Assembly (NCBI GenBank): GCA_041178425.1 | Contig: JBEGVH010000006.1 | Location: 128,001-192,000, forward strand | DNA length: 64,000 bases | DNA from: Pseudomonadota bacterium | Lineage (GTDB): Bacteria > Bdellovibrionota > Bdellovibrionia > Bdellovibrionales > Bdellovibrionaceae | Reading direction: 5' to 3' | Shown here: in pieces, positions 1-8,954 of the stretch | Position numbering within the stretch: the stretch's first letter is position 1 | Layout of the letters: each line of letters begins with the position of its first letter | Notes under the pieces: generated by a model | What the model saw: the letters and a program-made list of their open reading frames with translations, nothing else | Told to the model about the DNA's origin: nothing | Databases searched by the model: none | Translations under genes and position numbers: made by a program

Positions 1-348
1 GCCCGAGGCACGATGGAATTTTCCTTTTACAAAGTCGGCCTCTTCAGAAAGAAGTGGTTGGATCATACTATCAATTAGTTCGTTTGAAAAGTTAAAGATG
101 TCGCCGTCGAGAAAGAGCACTTTTTCATTTTTGGAGCGCACCAAGCCGTCGTGCATCGAGGCACCTTTGCCTAAAAGTGAGCTTAAATAAACTTTGGCGC
201 CTTCCTTTTTGGCAATATTAAATGTGTTGTCTGTTGACCCGTCATCTATAACGATAATTTCCGTTACGATGGGCTTTGTTTTTACGTATCGAATGATTTC
301 GCCGATGCGTTTTTCCTCATTCAGTGTTGGAATAATGACGGTGATCAT
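1..348 (-). CDS. Glycosyltransferase family 2 (glucosyl-3-phosphoglycerate synthase-like), N-terminal part; runs off the left edge
   Basis: Manual translation from ATG 348 with GGAG RBS: MITVIIPTLNEEKRIGEII...IIVIDDGSTDNT...GKGASM...VLFLDGD. These are GT-A motifs. Not in the supplied ORF track. Confidence 0.85.
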   Translation of the reverse strand, partial: MITVIIPTLNEEKRIGEIIRYVKTKPIVTEIIVIDDGSTDNTFNIAKKEGAKVYLSSLLGKGASMHDGLVRSKNEKVLFLDGDIFNFSNELIDSMIQPLLSEEADFVKGKFHRASG

Positions 349-420
349 AAGACTCCATTTTTTTCATAAGTGAGTGTTGGAATGAGTAGCGTATTAAAGT
401 CTAGTTGGTTGGTGTCACTT

Positions 421-525
421 CTACGTTAAGTAGAAGAGCGGTCCGAAAAAGAATAGGCGTTTTTTTATTAATAGAGTAATCGATTGGCGATGGTCGACAG
501 ATCTCCACTCAAGAACCAATATCAT
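421..525 (-). CDS. Putative 34-aa small ORF upstream of the glycosyltransferase
   Basis: GGAGG RBS 4 nt before ATG; translates to MILVLEWRSVDHRQSITLLIKKRLFFFGPLFYLT*. TTGACT -35-like hexamer at 627-622. Confidence 0.3.
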   Translation of the reverse strand: MILVLEWRSVDHRQSITLLIKKRLFFFGPLFYLT

Positions 526-644
526 AGTTCCTCCAAGCGAAAGCGACCCTACTTTCAGTTAACTACAAGCTTAAGCTTGCACCCGCAAATTACTCTCTAT
601 TTTCTATAGATTGCGAAGAGGAGTCAAGATGTATAAATTAAAAA

Positions 645-685
645 AACACCAAACAAAAGACTAAAAATAGAAGTTGTTTGGTGTT
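645..685. repeat. Perfect 12-bp inverted repeat, possible operator
   Basis: AACACCAAACAA (645-656), 17-nt spacer, TTGTTTGGTGTT (674-685). Confidence 0.55.
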
Positions 686-945
686 GAGGCTTAGTCGCCA
701 AATTGTCGTCGTGATTACTTTTCATTTACAGGGTGCCTCATTAAAATTAGGATTTCAGAAACAGGAGGTATCAACAATTAGATACCAGTTTCTCTAAATT
801 TCAATTTAAATAGTTTTTGTTTACAGAGTCACTTGGCCCTTCGGAAGTATTGCGATCTTTAATGATACTAGCTGTTTTTATGGTGCCATTAAATAGTAAT
901 TTGCGGTCGATATTAGGGCAATGATAGGTCTTAATAGATCACCTC

Positions 946-973
946 TTGACAATCATAGGTAAATCCCTACACT
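946..973 (+). promoter_or_regulatory. sigma70-type promoter for ORF 1009
   Basis: TTGACA-16 nt-TACACT; GGGAGA RBS before ATG 1009. Confidence 0.55.
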
Positions 974-1008
974 GCGCGACTTAATTGTGATTGGTAGGGA
1001 GAAAATAG

Positions 1009-1428
1009 ATGAGAGTTTTAGTGCTTGCGTTCGTTGTGATTTGTGCTGCTACCCAGGCTTTTGGTTCTGATATCGTAATTGAATCAGAAACAAAAGAAAT
1101 CTTTTTGAGTCATCCTCTTCAAATGGATTTGAGATGCGAGGGCGGCCGTACAAAAACGTACCCGACTTCATCGGTAGTGTTGTTGACGAGCGCAACGGGG
1201 TTTTTCGAAAAAAGCACGCTGACCTCTCTGATCCATGATGATTATCCCCGCATGGGAGATCATTGCGATGAACTTATCAATCGCTTTTTATCTCAGTTGC
1301 CTGCGAAACTTTCGCTAACTCTCAATATCTTTGAGGTCGACGGTAAAAACATAAGAACCAAAGTTCGCCGACAGTCTATTTCTGGAAGTTTTGGTGATTT
1401 TAAGTTTGAAAGCCGTGACGAGTATTAG
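1009..1428 (+). CDS. Secreted hypothetical protein
   Basis: 139 aa; N-terminal signal peptide (MRVLVLAFVVICAATQAFG); promoter and RBS present. Confidence 0.7.
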   Translation: MRVLVLAFVVICAATQAFGSDIVIESETKEIFLSHPLQMDLRCEGGRTKTYPTSSVVLLTSATGFFEKSTLTSLIHDDYPRMGDHCDELINRFLSQLPAKLSLTLNIFEVDGKNIRTKVRRQSISGSFGDFKFESRDEY

Positions 1429-1439
1429 AAAAGATAAAA

Positions 1440-1513
1440 TGGAGGTGGTAAACGGATTTGAACCGCTGTACGCGCTTTTGCAGAGCGCTGCCTAGCCCCT
1501 CGGCCATACCACC
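1440..1513 (-). tRNA. tRNA-Cys (GCA)
   Basis: Reverse complement GGTGGTATGGCCGAGGGGCTAGGCAGCGCTCTGCAAAAGCGCGTACAGCGGTTCAAATCCGTTTACCACCTCCA folds as a cloverleaf with anticodon arm GCGCT-CTGCAAA-AGCGC, TTCAAAT T-loop and encoded CCA. Confidence 0.96.
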
Positions 1514-1532
1514 AAATAGGTTCAGAAGGGCC

Positions 1533-1561
1533 AAGCTACCGATAAAGCCCTTTTGAGTCAA
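1533..1561 (-). promoter_or_regulatory. sigma70-type promoter of tRNA-Cys, overlapping the comM stop codon
   Basis: TTGACT-17 nt-TAGCTT on the minus strand, ~20 nt upstream of the tRNA 5' end. Confidence 0.5.
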
Positions 1562-3000
1562 TCCCATCTTTGTAATTCCACGAAGGGCGTCACTGTATAA
1601 GTCAGAGCCTTTTCAATTTCATCCACCCCGGGCCGATTTTTGCCACCAAGATCCGCAAGAGTCTTGGCCACACGAAGAGTCGATAGGTATCGGCGATGGG
1701 AACCTTGTAATTGTTCCATCAGTTTTCGCTCAAGGAGTGGCCAGTTTTTTACATCAAAGGCGCTCTCCGTAAGGGAGGCATTGTCTGACTCGCCCTCTGT
1801 CAAACGGTTTCTGAGGTCTTGCAGTTGTTCGCGAAGATCGGTCCATGGAATGGTCCGTGGCCCCTTCCAGCGATGGGAAAAATTAAGAATTTGAAAGCGG
1901 TCCACCAAAGGACCCGTCAGTTTTTGCGAATAACTTCGGCATTTCGTGAGGGAGTAGCGACAGCGTGTCGGAGTTTTAGGCACAAAATCACCACAGGGGC
2001 AAAGATTGGTGGTGGCCAACAAATGAAATCGGCACTCATAGGTATAATAGCCTGACACTCGCGCTAAACGAATTTTATGGGTTTCGAGGGGTTCACGCAA
2101 GGCTTCGATAACGGTGGGTTTAAACTCTAAAAGTTCATCAAGAATCAGCGTGCCATGGTGGGCTCGAGCGAGTTCACCGGTTCGAATCGGGTTACCACCT
2201 CCAACCAATCCTTGAGTTGTTGCTGAATGATGAGGGCGAATCAGTGGTCGCCAGAAACTGGAATCATTGGTCGTGTCGGGAGTCTGTTGGCGGCGGCGCC
2301 AAAGGTCTCTCTGGGTCTGTTCATCAGGATCACTTCCCAAACTGTGAATGATTTCTGACATCATCGATTTTCCGCTCCCCGCAGGGCCCGCCATGAGCAC
2401 TGAGTGTCGCCCAAGGGCCGCGATCGCAGCTAATTCTGCCTGTGCCGTGGTGAGGCTGATATGGTCGAAGCGCGGAGATTGAAGGACGGCCTGTGGCGAT
2501 TCGTTTTGCCATGACGGTTCGACGAGTTCGCGCAAATGAGTGATAGTTCCGAGAGGCGATTGCAACCATGGGCGTTTTTGATCATTGGTGGTTTTGCCAG
2601 TTACGAGAAACGTGGGAGAGCGGTCATCAAAACCAACAAGATCTTCGGGTTGTTGAACGCTCCCATCCAGGTTGAGCTCTCCGTAGAGAGTCCATTTGGC
2701 GGCATCAAAAGGCTGAGGGAGTTGTTGCATCTCCCAAAGAATTCCTGCCGCCACGGCGAGCTCTAAACCGCGACTCGATTTTTTTAAATGATTGGGTTTG
2801 AGATTAATGATGATTTGCTCTGCTTCAGGCCAGGTAAATCCGCTTTGTTTAATTGCCGTTTTAATGCGAATAGCACTTTCTTTAATGGCCTGATCGGGGA
2901 GCCCAACAAATTTCATCTCGGGCAGGCCGCGAACTAACAAAACTTCAACTTCGATGGGGTTTAAATCCCACCCCTGGGAGATCAGTGATTTTAATTTCAT
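1558..3000 (-). CDS. comM: ComM/YifB-family Mg-chelatase-like AAA+ ATPase
   Basis: GLPEMKFVGLPDQAIKES N-domain, Walker A GPAGSGKS, PHHSAT, GELARAHHGTLILDE, TNLCPCG. Start set at ATG 3000. Confidence 0.88.
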   Translation of the reverse strand: MKLKSLISQGWDLNPIEVEVLLVRGLPEMKFVGLPDQAIKESAIRIKTAIKQSGFTWPEAEQIIINLKPNHLKKSSRGLELAVAAGILWEMQQLPQPFDAAKWTLYGELNLDGSVQQPEDLVGFDDRSPTFLVTGKTTNDQKRPWLQSPLGTITHLRELVEPSWQNESPQAVLQSPRFDHISLTTAQAELAAIAALGRHSVLMAGPAGSGKSMMSEIIHSLGSDPDEQTQRDLWRRRQQTPDTTNDSSFWRPLIRPHHSATTQGLVGGGNPIRTGELARAHHGTLILDELLEFKPTVIEALREPLETHKIRLARVSGYYTYECRFHLLATTNLCPCGDFVPKTPTRCRYSLTKCRSYSQKLTGPLVDRFQILNFSHRWKGPRTIPWTDLREQLQDLRNRLTEGESDNASLTESAFDVKNWPLLERKLMEQLQGSHRRYLSTLRVAKTLADLGGKNRPGVDEIEKALTYTVTPFVELQRWD

Positions 3001-3066
3001 AGTAACCGCTATATTTGCAAGCGGTGCCAAATTCTTATAATCAAATAAACCGACAAAGACTGTCCG

Positions 3067-3960
3067 CTAGGGGCGAGAATCGGAATCGTTTTCGGACGCT
3101 CGGCCATCGGCCAAGGGATGAAAGGCATTGATGGCGTCATGCAAGTGTTGAGTGCTCACAGAGGTATAAATTTGAGTTGTTTGAATGCTTGAATGCCCTA
3201 AAAGTAATTGAATGCTTCGGAGATCGGCCCCCGCATCGAGAAGGGCTGTTGCACAGCCATGCCGGAGTTGGTGCGGAGACACTGGCTCTTCAAAGCCTGC
3301 TTTGTTAGACCACGCTGTGAGCCAGCGCCAGATATCAACACGACTCGGGCGATGCCCCCTATCATTAAGAAGAAGGGCGTCGCTTTTTTCACGCAGAAGA
3401 CTCGGTCGAACCAGCTCAATGTATTGATTTAAAGCTTGCACCAGAACGTCAGTTAAAGGCACAAGGCGCTGTTTGCCTCCCTTGCCTGTTACCTTGATCC
3501 AGCGCTCAATCGAATTATAGTCAAGCGTATCAAGCTCAATGAGTTCAGACACTCGGCATCCCGAACCAAACAAGAGCGACAGCGTGAGTTGGTTTCGGCG
3601 CGTTTGCAGCTCATTGTCAGTTACGGCGGCTTCTTGCAAAGCAAAAAACTGATCGGTGGTTAAAACCTTGGGAAGAGTTTTTTTAGACTTTGGCTGGCGT
3701 AACTCGCGAAGTTCGGGGCATTGATGGCCACGGTTCTCACAAAATTTCAAATAGGTGCGAATGCTACTGATCATTCTTGCTTGTGAACGTGGAGAGAGCC
3801 CCCGTTGTCGAAAAAAATCATAGATATAAGCAATCGGCTTTTTTAACTCGATGAATTCGACATAAAGCTCTAAATCGCGACGATAAGCCATCACGGTATT
3901 TTGACTTCGGCCCCGGACCGTTTGGAGTTCTTCGAAAAAATCAGCCCAAAATTCCAACAT
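3067..3960 (-). CDS. xerD: Tyrosine recombinase XerD/XerC
   Basis: SQNTVMAYRRDL, SGCRVSEL, VTGKGGKQRLVP, HQLRHGCAT, LLGHSSIQTTQIYT, FHP C-terminus. XerD versus XerC is not certain. Confidence 0.8.
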   Translation of the reverse strand: MLEFWADFFEELQTVRGRSQNTVMAYRRDLELYVEFIELKKPIAYIYDFFRQRGLSPRSQARMISSIRTYLKFCENRGHQCPELRELRQPKSKKTLPKVLTTDQFFALQEAAVTDNELQTRRNQLTLSLLFGSGCRVSELIELDTLDYNSIERWIKVTGKGGKQRLVPLTDVLVQALNQYIELVRPSLLREKSDALLLNDRGHRPSRVDIWRWLTAWSNKAGFEEPVSPHQLRHGCATALLDAGADLRSIQLLLGHSSIQTTQIYTSVSTQHLHDAINAFHPLADGRASENDSDSRP

Positions 3961-4207
3961 AAGCTCATCATGGGCAGTTCGCGATTGAAAATCAATCGCA
4001 AAGTAGGGGCCACTTTTGAAGCAAAGCATAAGAAAGGTCAGGGAAACACATAGTAAAAGTCACTACGAGGACCAAAAAGGGCCATGGGTATGAAGGAACT
4101 CAAGAATGACAACAGGTGCGAGTTCGGTTGATTGCTATTTTAACAAGGAATTGCTAGGGTTCGGGCGTTAGAAAAACGTTCCCGCGCCATCTGAGCCTTA
4201 GGAGTTA

Positions 4208-4603
4208 TTGGTGAAAATAGTAAAAACGGTTTTAGTTGTTATTGCTTTGATGGGTCTTGGGTATTTTGGAGTCACTTTTTATTCGTTTTTATTTGCTCGC
4301 AAGGTCAATGGTGTAGTGGTGGATGTTGAAAAAGTCGAAATGACTAATGCTGTTCTCACTCGTTCGACGAACGATCTTCCTTATATGCATTCATTCGCTG
4401 TTGCGGTGAAGGAAGCCAGTGGTGAAATTATCACTTCGTCGGCCGAAGATCGACAGTGGGCCGTTGTTAAAGAAGGTCAGTGCGTAGAGGCGAAGTTCTT
4501 TCCTTATCCTCCATGGGATTTTGTCAAATCAGGCACCTATTTTGGTGCCCGTCTTTTAAAGCTCTCGGATTGCTCATCCGTTTCACCTCAAGAGAATAAA
4601 TAA
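4208..4603 (+). CDS. Hypothetical single-TM membrane protein
   Basis: 131 aa; N-terminal hydrophobic helix; GGAG RBS upstream. Confidence 0.7.
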   Translation: MVKIVKTVLVVIALMGLGYFGVTFYSFLFARKVNGVVVDVEKVEMTNAVLTRSTNDLPYMHSFAVAVKEASGEIITSSAEDRQWAVVKEGQCVEAKFFPYPPWDFVKSGTYFGARLLKLSDCSSVSPQENK

Positions 4604-4610
4604 GATTTAA

Positions 4611-6683
4611 TTAGTGCGCGAGAGCCTTCAGTTTGACCATTTGTATTTGTCCCTCGTCATCAGGGATCTGATCGAGAAATTTAACGGTCCATGTTCCCGC
4701 AGCGGGTTCTCCATAGAAAGCATTAGAAATTAAGTTGTAGGTCTGAGTCGTTGCATAGGGGTTTCCTAAGCCGTCGCGCGTGCCAGAATAGGTATTAAAT
4801 GGTGGCATTACAATGCTGCGTGTTCCTGCCGGTGAGATGATCTCAATAGCCACATCGCCAAAGTACGAATGTGATACAAGAGCTTCAAGCTCAAGGGTCT
4901 CAACGGTTTTATTAAGCGTAGATACAATGGCTTCGGTCGCGCTGATGGCAGAAGACGTTCCGAAGGCCTTGCTGCTTGTGATGGTGTTTCCTAGTTGGTG
5001 CTCAGTCGCTGGTGGCAAAAGAGTGTGCGAGCGAGCGTAGGTGAGTGCTGCGGAAATATCAAGAGCTCCAAAACCATAGTGGTTATGAAAAGCTATTCCC
5101 GCCGCATTGGTGACCCATCCCAAGGAGAATTCAATCTGTTGTCCTTGATAGCTGTAACTCATAGCTGGTGAAGACGGTTCGATTCGACGAGCCGTTTTAG
5201 CCAAGATATGTTTTACATCCCGCCACGTTAACTGCGGATTACCCTCGAGCAAAAGAGCAATAGCCCCAGAGGCCATAGGAGTAGCCGAGGAGGTGCCGTT
5301 GAAGGCCGATGTGTATCGACAAAGATTGTTTATTGCTAAAACGCCGCTGTTAAAGTCGTTCGTGGTGGAACTGCTACGGCTCAATCCAACATCACAACCA
5401 TAGAGGTCGGTGGTGACCATCGCTGGTGTGGTGGTTCCAAATTCGCCGCCCGGTGCCGAGATCCAAAGGCTGGACCCAATGCTTGAATAGGACGCTTTCA
5501 CTCCTTGTGCACTGAGAGCTCCAACAACGATCGTGTAAGGATTGTTGTTGTATTGATCTTGGTTGGCGCTTTCGGGGCAAAATCCGCTACTGCCACAACT
5601 CAGGTAACCATTGCCGGCGGCCTTGACAACGAGAGTGCCGCGCCCATTGCGCTGAGTGCTAGTTACAGATTTTAAAATATCCCGGTATTCCGCTTCGATG
5701 CTCATAGGAAAGCTATTAGAAGCTCCCCAACTTTGATTAATAATGTCGTAGGGGCCAATGACTTGGTCGATCAATTTGTTAATGGATTGATCGCTTTCAA
5801 TAAAGTTAAGAGACGCAATATTGGCTCTTGGCGCTACGCCGCGAACGCCAATGTCGTTCCATCCAACAGCCGCAATGAGACCTGCAACACCAGTCCCATG
5901 AAACGCATAGCTCGCCGAGGTAGGCGTGGGCACTCCACTGTAACCGTTAGCAAGTGTTCCATTGATATAATCGCGGTGGTAAGGTTTTACGTTCTCCGCA
6001 AGATCTTCGTGATTAACATCAAAGCCAGTATCAGAAACTCCAATGAGAATGTTTTTTCCAGAGTAACCCGCTTGGTGAGAAGCAAGAACATGGAGATCTT
6101 CGTTTGGTTTTCCACCCGATTGCGAGTAGGCTCGTTGACCGGTGTTAACAAGTCCCCATTGATCACTAAAAAAAGGATCGCTTTTTACGGTGATCGAAAA
6201 AGGGCCAATTTGAATATCTTGGTTATTCGATGTGTATCGCAAAGACAAATTCTCAAAGGTTCCTGAGCTCGGTGGAACTCCAGAGATTTGTCCGGTGGTG
6301 CTATTGATAGAGAGCCAGATCGGAAAATTATCTCCACGCCAGTTACTGAAGGAGCCAGAGTTGGACCAGTTACGAGCCACGGTCTGTGGATTGACAGTGA
6401 AGAGAAAGTCTCCGTAAGCAACCTGATTTTCAGCCTCGAAGAGTAAAATTTCTGTCGACGGCGGTGGTGTTGCTGTTTGTTGGGGAGTGGCTGTTTCGGT
6501 GGGAACCAGCGGTGGCACATCCGTTGTTGGCACGGTAGGGGGATTTACCGCTTCGTTCGTGGTTCCACTTGAACCCGTGGGAACACCATCGTTTCCGGGG
6601 AGGCCTTTTTTGGTATTGTCAGTTTTACTGCAACCGGAACCAATGAAGACAATAAATAGAATAAGATTGATTAACGGCTTCAT
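4611..6683 (-). CDS. S8 kexin/furin-like serine protease lipoprotein with Ig-like domain and C-terminal P-domain
   Basis: Lipobox GSGC, Pro/Thr linker, putative Ig domain (WLSINSTTGQISGVP), triad motifs VSDTG / HGTGVAG / GTSSATP, LTWRDVKHIL, P-domain (ISPAGTRS...AFYGEPAAGTWT). Confidence 0.9.
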   Translation of the reverse strand: MKPLINLILFIVFIGSGCSKTDNTKKGLPGNDGVPTGSSGTTNEAVNPPTVPTTDVPPLVPTETATPQQTATPPPSTEILLFEAENQVAYGDFLFTVNPQTVARNWSNSGSFSNWRGDNFPIWLSINSTTGQISGVPPSSGTFENLSLRYTSNNQDIQIGPFSITVKSDPFFSDQWGLVNTGQRAYSQSGGKPNEDLHVLASHQAGYSGKNILIGVSDTGFDVNHEDLAENVKPYHRDYINGTLANGYSGVPTPTSASYAFHGTGVAGLIAAVGWNDIGVRGVAPRANIASLNFIESDQSINKLIDQVIGPYDIINQSWGASNSFPMSIEAEYRDILKSVTSTQRNGRGTLVVKAAGNGYLSCGSSGFCPESANQDQYNNNPYTIVVGALSAQGVKASYSSIGSSLWISAPGGEFGTTTPAMVTTDLYGCDVGLSRSSSTTNDFNSGVLAINNLCRYTSAFNGTSSATPMASGAIALLLEGNPQLTWRDVKHILAKTARRIEPSSPAMSYSYQGQQIEFSLGWVTNAAGIAFHNHYGFGALDISAALTYARSHTLLPPATEHQLGNTITSSKAFGTSSAISATEAIVSTLNKTVETLELEALVSHSYFGDVAIEIISPAGTRSIVMPPFNTYSGTRDGLGNPYATTQTYNLISNAFYGEPAAGTWTVKFLDQIPDDEGQIQMVKLKALAH

Positions 6684-7267
6684 CGTGGTTGAATCTCCCT
6701 GTCGACGACATCAACTTTTAAAGATTCAATGGCCATCTCTGCTCTGAGTTTATCGACAGCCTTTGGAACATCAGTGGGTGGATTGACGGTTACAATATAT
6801 TTATTGTTTCCAAGTTCGCGGCTGACGCTCAAAGTGGTTCCGTCAAAATCATTTGGAAGCCGACTGATCTCTTGCGTTTCAAGGATAATCTCACCCGATA
6901 TAAAAGCTTTTTTTCCAGTGCTGATATTGGCAACGGCCAAGCGTGGCTGTTCCGGTTTATTTTTGTCTTTTTCAATATTAATGATTTCGTTACCTTTAAG
7001 CACAAAACGTGATTTACCGTTTGTAAAATTGATAGTTTGCGACTCCGAAGCAATTCCACGTGCTTGACTCTGCTCCACGGCGGTTCGAACTTTGTTTTGA
7101 TTACTTAGTGTCTGATCTAGGAGTTGGCTCCAATTTTTTTCGGGAGAATTTTTAAGGGCATTTTCGCGTGCGAATTTTTCTCGAGTGATATGAATGACAA
7201 ACATACCAAAGGCAAAGCCCATTGTAGGAATTATGATCCACTTCCATTTGAACTTTTTGGCCTTCAT
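6680..7267 (-). CDS. Membrane-anchored partner of the S8 protease; putative trans-acting propeptide/external chaperone
   Basis: ATGA overlap with the protease; N-terminal TM helix; C-terminal region (ANISTGKKAFISGEIILE...KVDVVDREIQPR) resembles subtilase prodomain or ASP external chaperone patterns. Confidence 0.55.
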   Translation of the reverse strand: MKAKKFKWKWIIIPTMGFAFGMFVIHITREKFARENALKNSPEKNWSQLLDQTLSNQNKVRTAVEQSQARGIASESQTINFTNGKSRFVLKGNEIINIEKDKNKPEQPRLAVANISTGKKAFISGEIILETQEISRLPNDFDGTTLSVSRELGNNKYIVTVNPPTDVPKAVDKLRAEMAIESLKVDVVDREIQPR

Positions 7268-7290
7268 GACGTCGAGCCCTCCTTTGATCT

Positions 7291-7342
7291 TTATCGGAGA
7301 GCAGCAAAAAAAGATGTTAGGACTCTGGTCTAAAAATGAGAC
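7291..7342 (-). promoter_or_regulatory. sigma28-like promoter plus palindromic site upstream of the chaperone-protease operon
   Basis: TAAC-17 nt-TCCGATAA (7319-7291, minus); GTCTAA-AAA-TGAGAC at 7328-7342. Confidence 0.45.
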
Positions 7343-7548
7343 AGTGGCGTTTTTTTGTGAGGTCTTTTTTAGGCAGCTGTTTAATTTATATTAGACAGGA
7401 CCTGGCCTATGGTTGGAGCAATTTGTTTCAAAAAAGAACAACTAAGATCTTGTAATCAATAAGAAGTTTTTAGAAATTCGAACCATTTAGGACTCCGTTT
7501 TGCAGAGATATTAACGACGTAGCATCGCCTCGAGCGGGAGTATCAGCG

Positions 7549-8355
7549 ATGGGCAAAAGAATGGCTTCTTGGTTGTTTGTGATGTGTCTTGCGCAGAGTG
7601 CATCAGCGACGATGAATGCGGCTGCGGGGGAACCACGGCCTCTATTGTCTGAGGTTGGGAGCAGTCAAGGCGAGGAAGATTTTGCTTATGATGCTGCGGC
7701 TTTTGTGCCGCAAAATCAGAGTTTGTCTTATCGTGCTCATCAGCAAAAACGAGCTGATAACAAGGCCCCTTCTGAAAAGACCCCAGTGACGATCAATGTG
7801 ATACCTTTAGACGAATGGAATAAAATGAACCATGCTCAGTTGAGTCTTTTACCGAAGGCTTCTTTAGAGCGAAACGGTGATCAATTGCTCAATACGCTTG
7901 CGTTCGAAAAAGAGCTTGAGCGTGTTTCAGGCAGTCTTAGAGATGATGAACAATTGGCGTCGCTTCGAAAAACAAAAATTTCTGGAAAAAATCGCCGAGG
8001 AAGAAAATCTCAGGTGCTAACTTGTGCTGGCGATGCCACTTATTATTTGCCAACAGGAAAAAGAACGGCAAGTGGCGATCGTTTTACAGGAAGAGAACTG
8101 TCGGCAGCAGCGGTCAGTCGATTTCCATTAAATTCTATTCTGGTTGTTTGTCGGCAAGACAAAGTTCAAACCTGTGTAAAGGTGAAAGCGAATGATCGAG
8201 GGGGCTTTGAACATCAACGTGGCAACCCCACTCTCGTCGATCTCTCGCCAGCAGCGGCAAGCTATCTCGGATTTGGTCCGCGAGCGAAGTCCCGTGACGA
8301 CGAAGGAGGTGTGATCGGACGGGTAAAGATCACTGTTCGAGGGCCGGGTTGCTAG
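7549..8355 (+). CDS. RlpA-like (double-psi beta-barrel) lytic transglycosylase family protein
   Basis: GDATYY...RTASGDRF...LSAAA...VKANDRGGF...LVDLSPAAA; signal peptide. Confidence 0.8.
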   Translation: MGKRMASWLFVMCLAQSASATMNAAAGEPRPLLSEVGSSQGEEDFAYDAAAFVPQNQSLSYRAHQQKRADNKAPSEKTPVTINVIPLDEWNKMNHAQLSLLPKASLERNGDQLLNTLAFEKELERVSGSLRDDEQLASLRKTKISGKNRRGRKSQVLTCAGDATYYLPTGKRTASGDRFTGRELSAAAVSRFPLNSILVVCRQDKVQTCVKVKANDRGGFEHQRGNPTLVDLSPAAASYLGFGPRAKSRDDEGGVIGRVKITVRGPGC

Positions 8356-8367
8356 TCGCCAGCAGAC

Positions 8368-8916
8368 CTAGGGCACTTTCACAAACTGTAAATAGTGTTT
8401 TAATTCGTTGATACTCTCTTGAATATCATCGAGAGCTCGATGTTTTTCGGATTTATCAAATTTCACATTGTATTTTTGATAAAACATGAGTTTCCAACTG
8501 CTCACATCCATCATGCGGTAGTGGAGTTTTTTATCGAGATCCGGCCAATACTTGCTGATAAACAAACGATCTTGAGAAATCGAATTACCACAAATAATCG
8601 CACGGCGGTCTTCTTCGTGAATCCAATGTCGCTCTATCAACTTTAATAAATCTTCTTCGACTAAGTGGGAGGCTTTTCCAAAAGGAACTTTGCTCGTCAA
8701 ACCAGATTTACCATGGTGTTGCTTGTTCCAATCATCCATTTTGTCGAGATACATTTTCGGTTGTTGAACCACTTGTTCGTAGGATTCTATAGGGTTTAAC
8801 TTTAAGTCAGTGACAATGGCAGCGCACTCGATAATCACTTCTTTGTTTACATCGAGGCCCGTCATCTCGAGATCAATCCAAAGAAGACGGTCTAATTTTT
8901 TATCGTTTTTACTCAT
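8368..8916 (-). CDS. orn: Oligoribonuclease
   Basis: LLWIDLEMTGLD, HHGKSGL, CGNSISQDRLF, HYRMMDVSS, HRALDDIQESINELKHY. Confidence 0.95.
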   Translation of the reverse strand: MSKNDKKLDRLLWIDLEMTGLDVNKEVIIECAAIVTDLKLNPIESYEQVVQQPKMYLDKMDDWNKQHHGKSGLTSKVPFGKASHLVEEDLLKLIERHWIHEEDRRAIICGNSISQDRLFISKYWPDLDKKLHYRMMDVSSWKLMFYQKYNVKFDKSEKHRALDDIQESINELKHYLQFVKVP

Positions 8917-8954
8917 TGAGAATCCTTAAAAAGAAGTGAACCTTTATTGTATTT

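Noticed and set aside
3067..3960. Tyrosine recombinase as a prophage or integron integrase using tRNA-Cys
   Set aside because: Size and motifs fit housekeeping XerC/D; no att duplication, phage genes or attC array.
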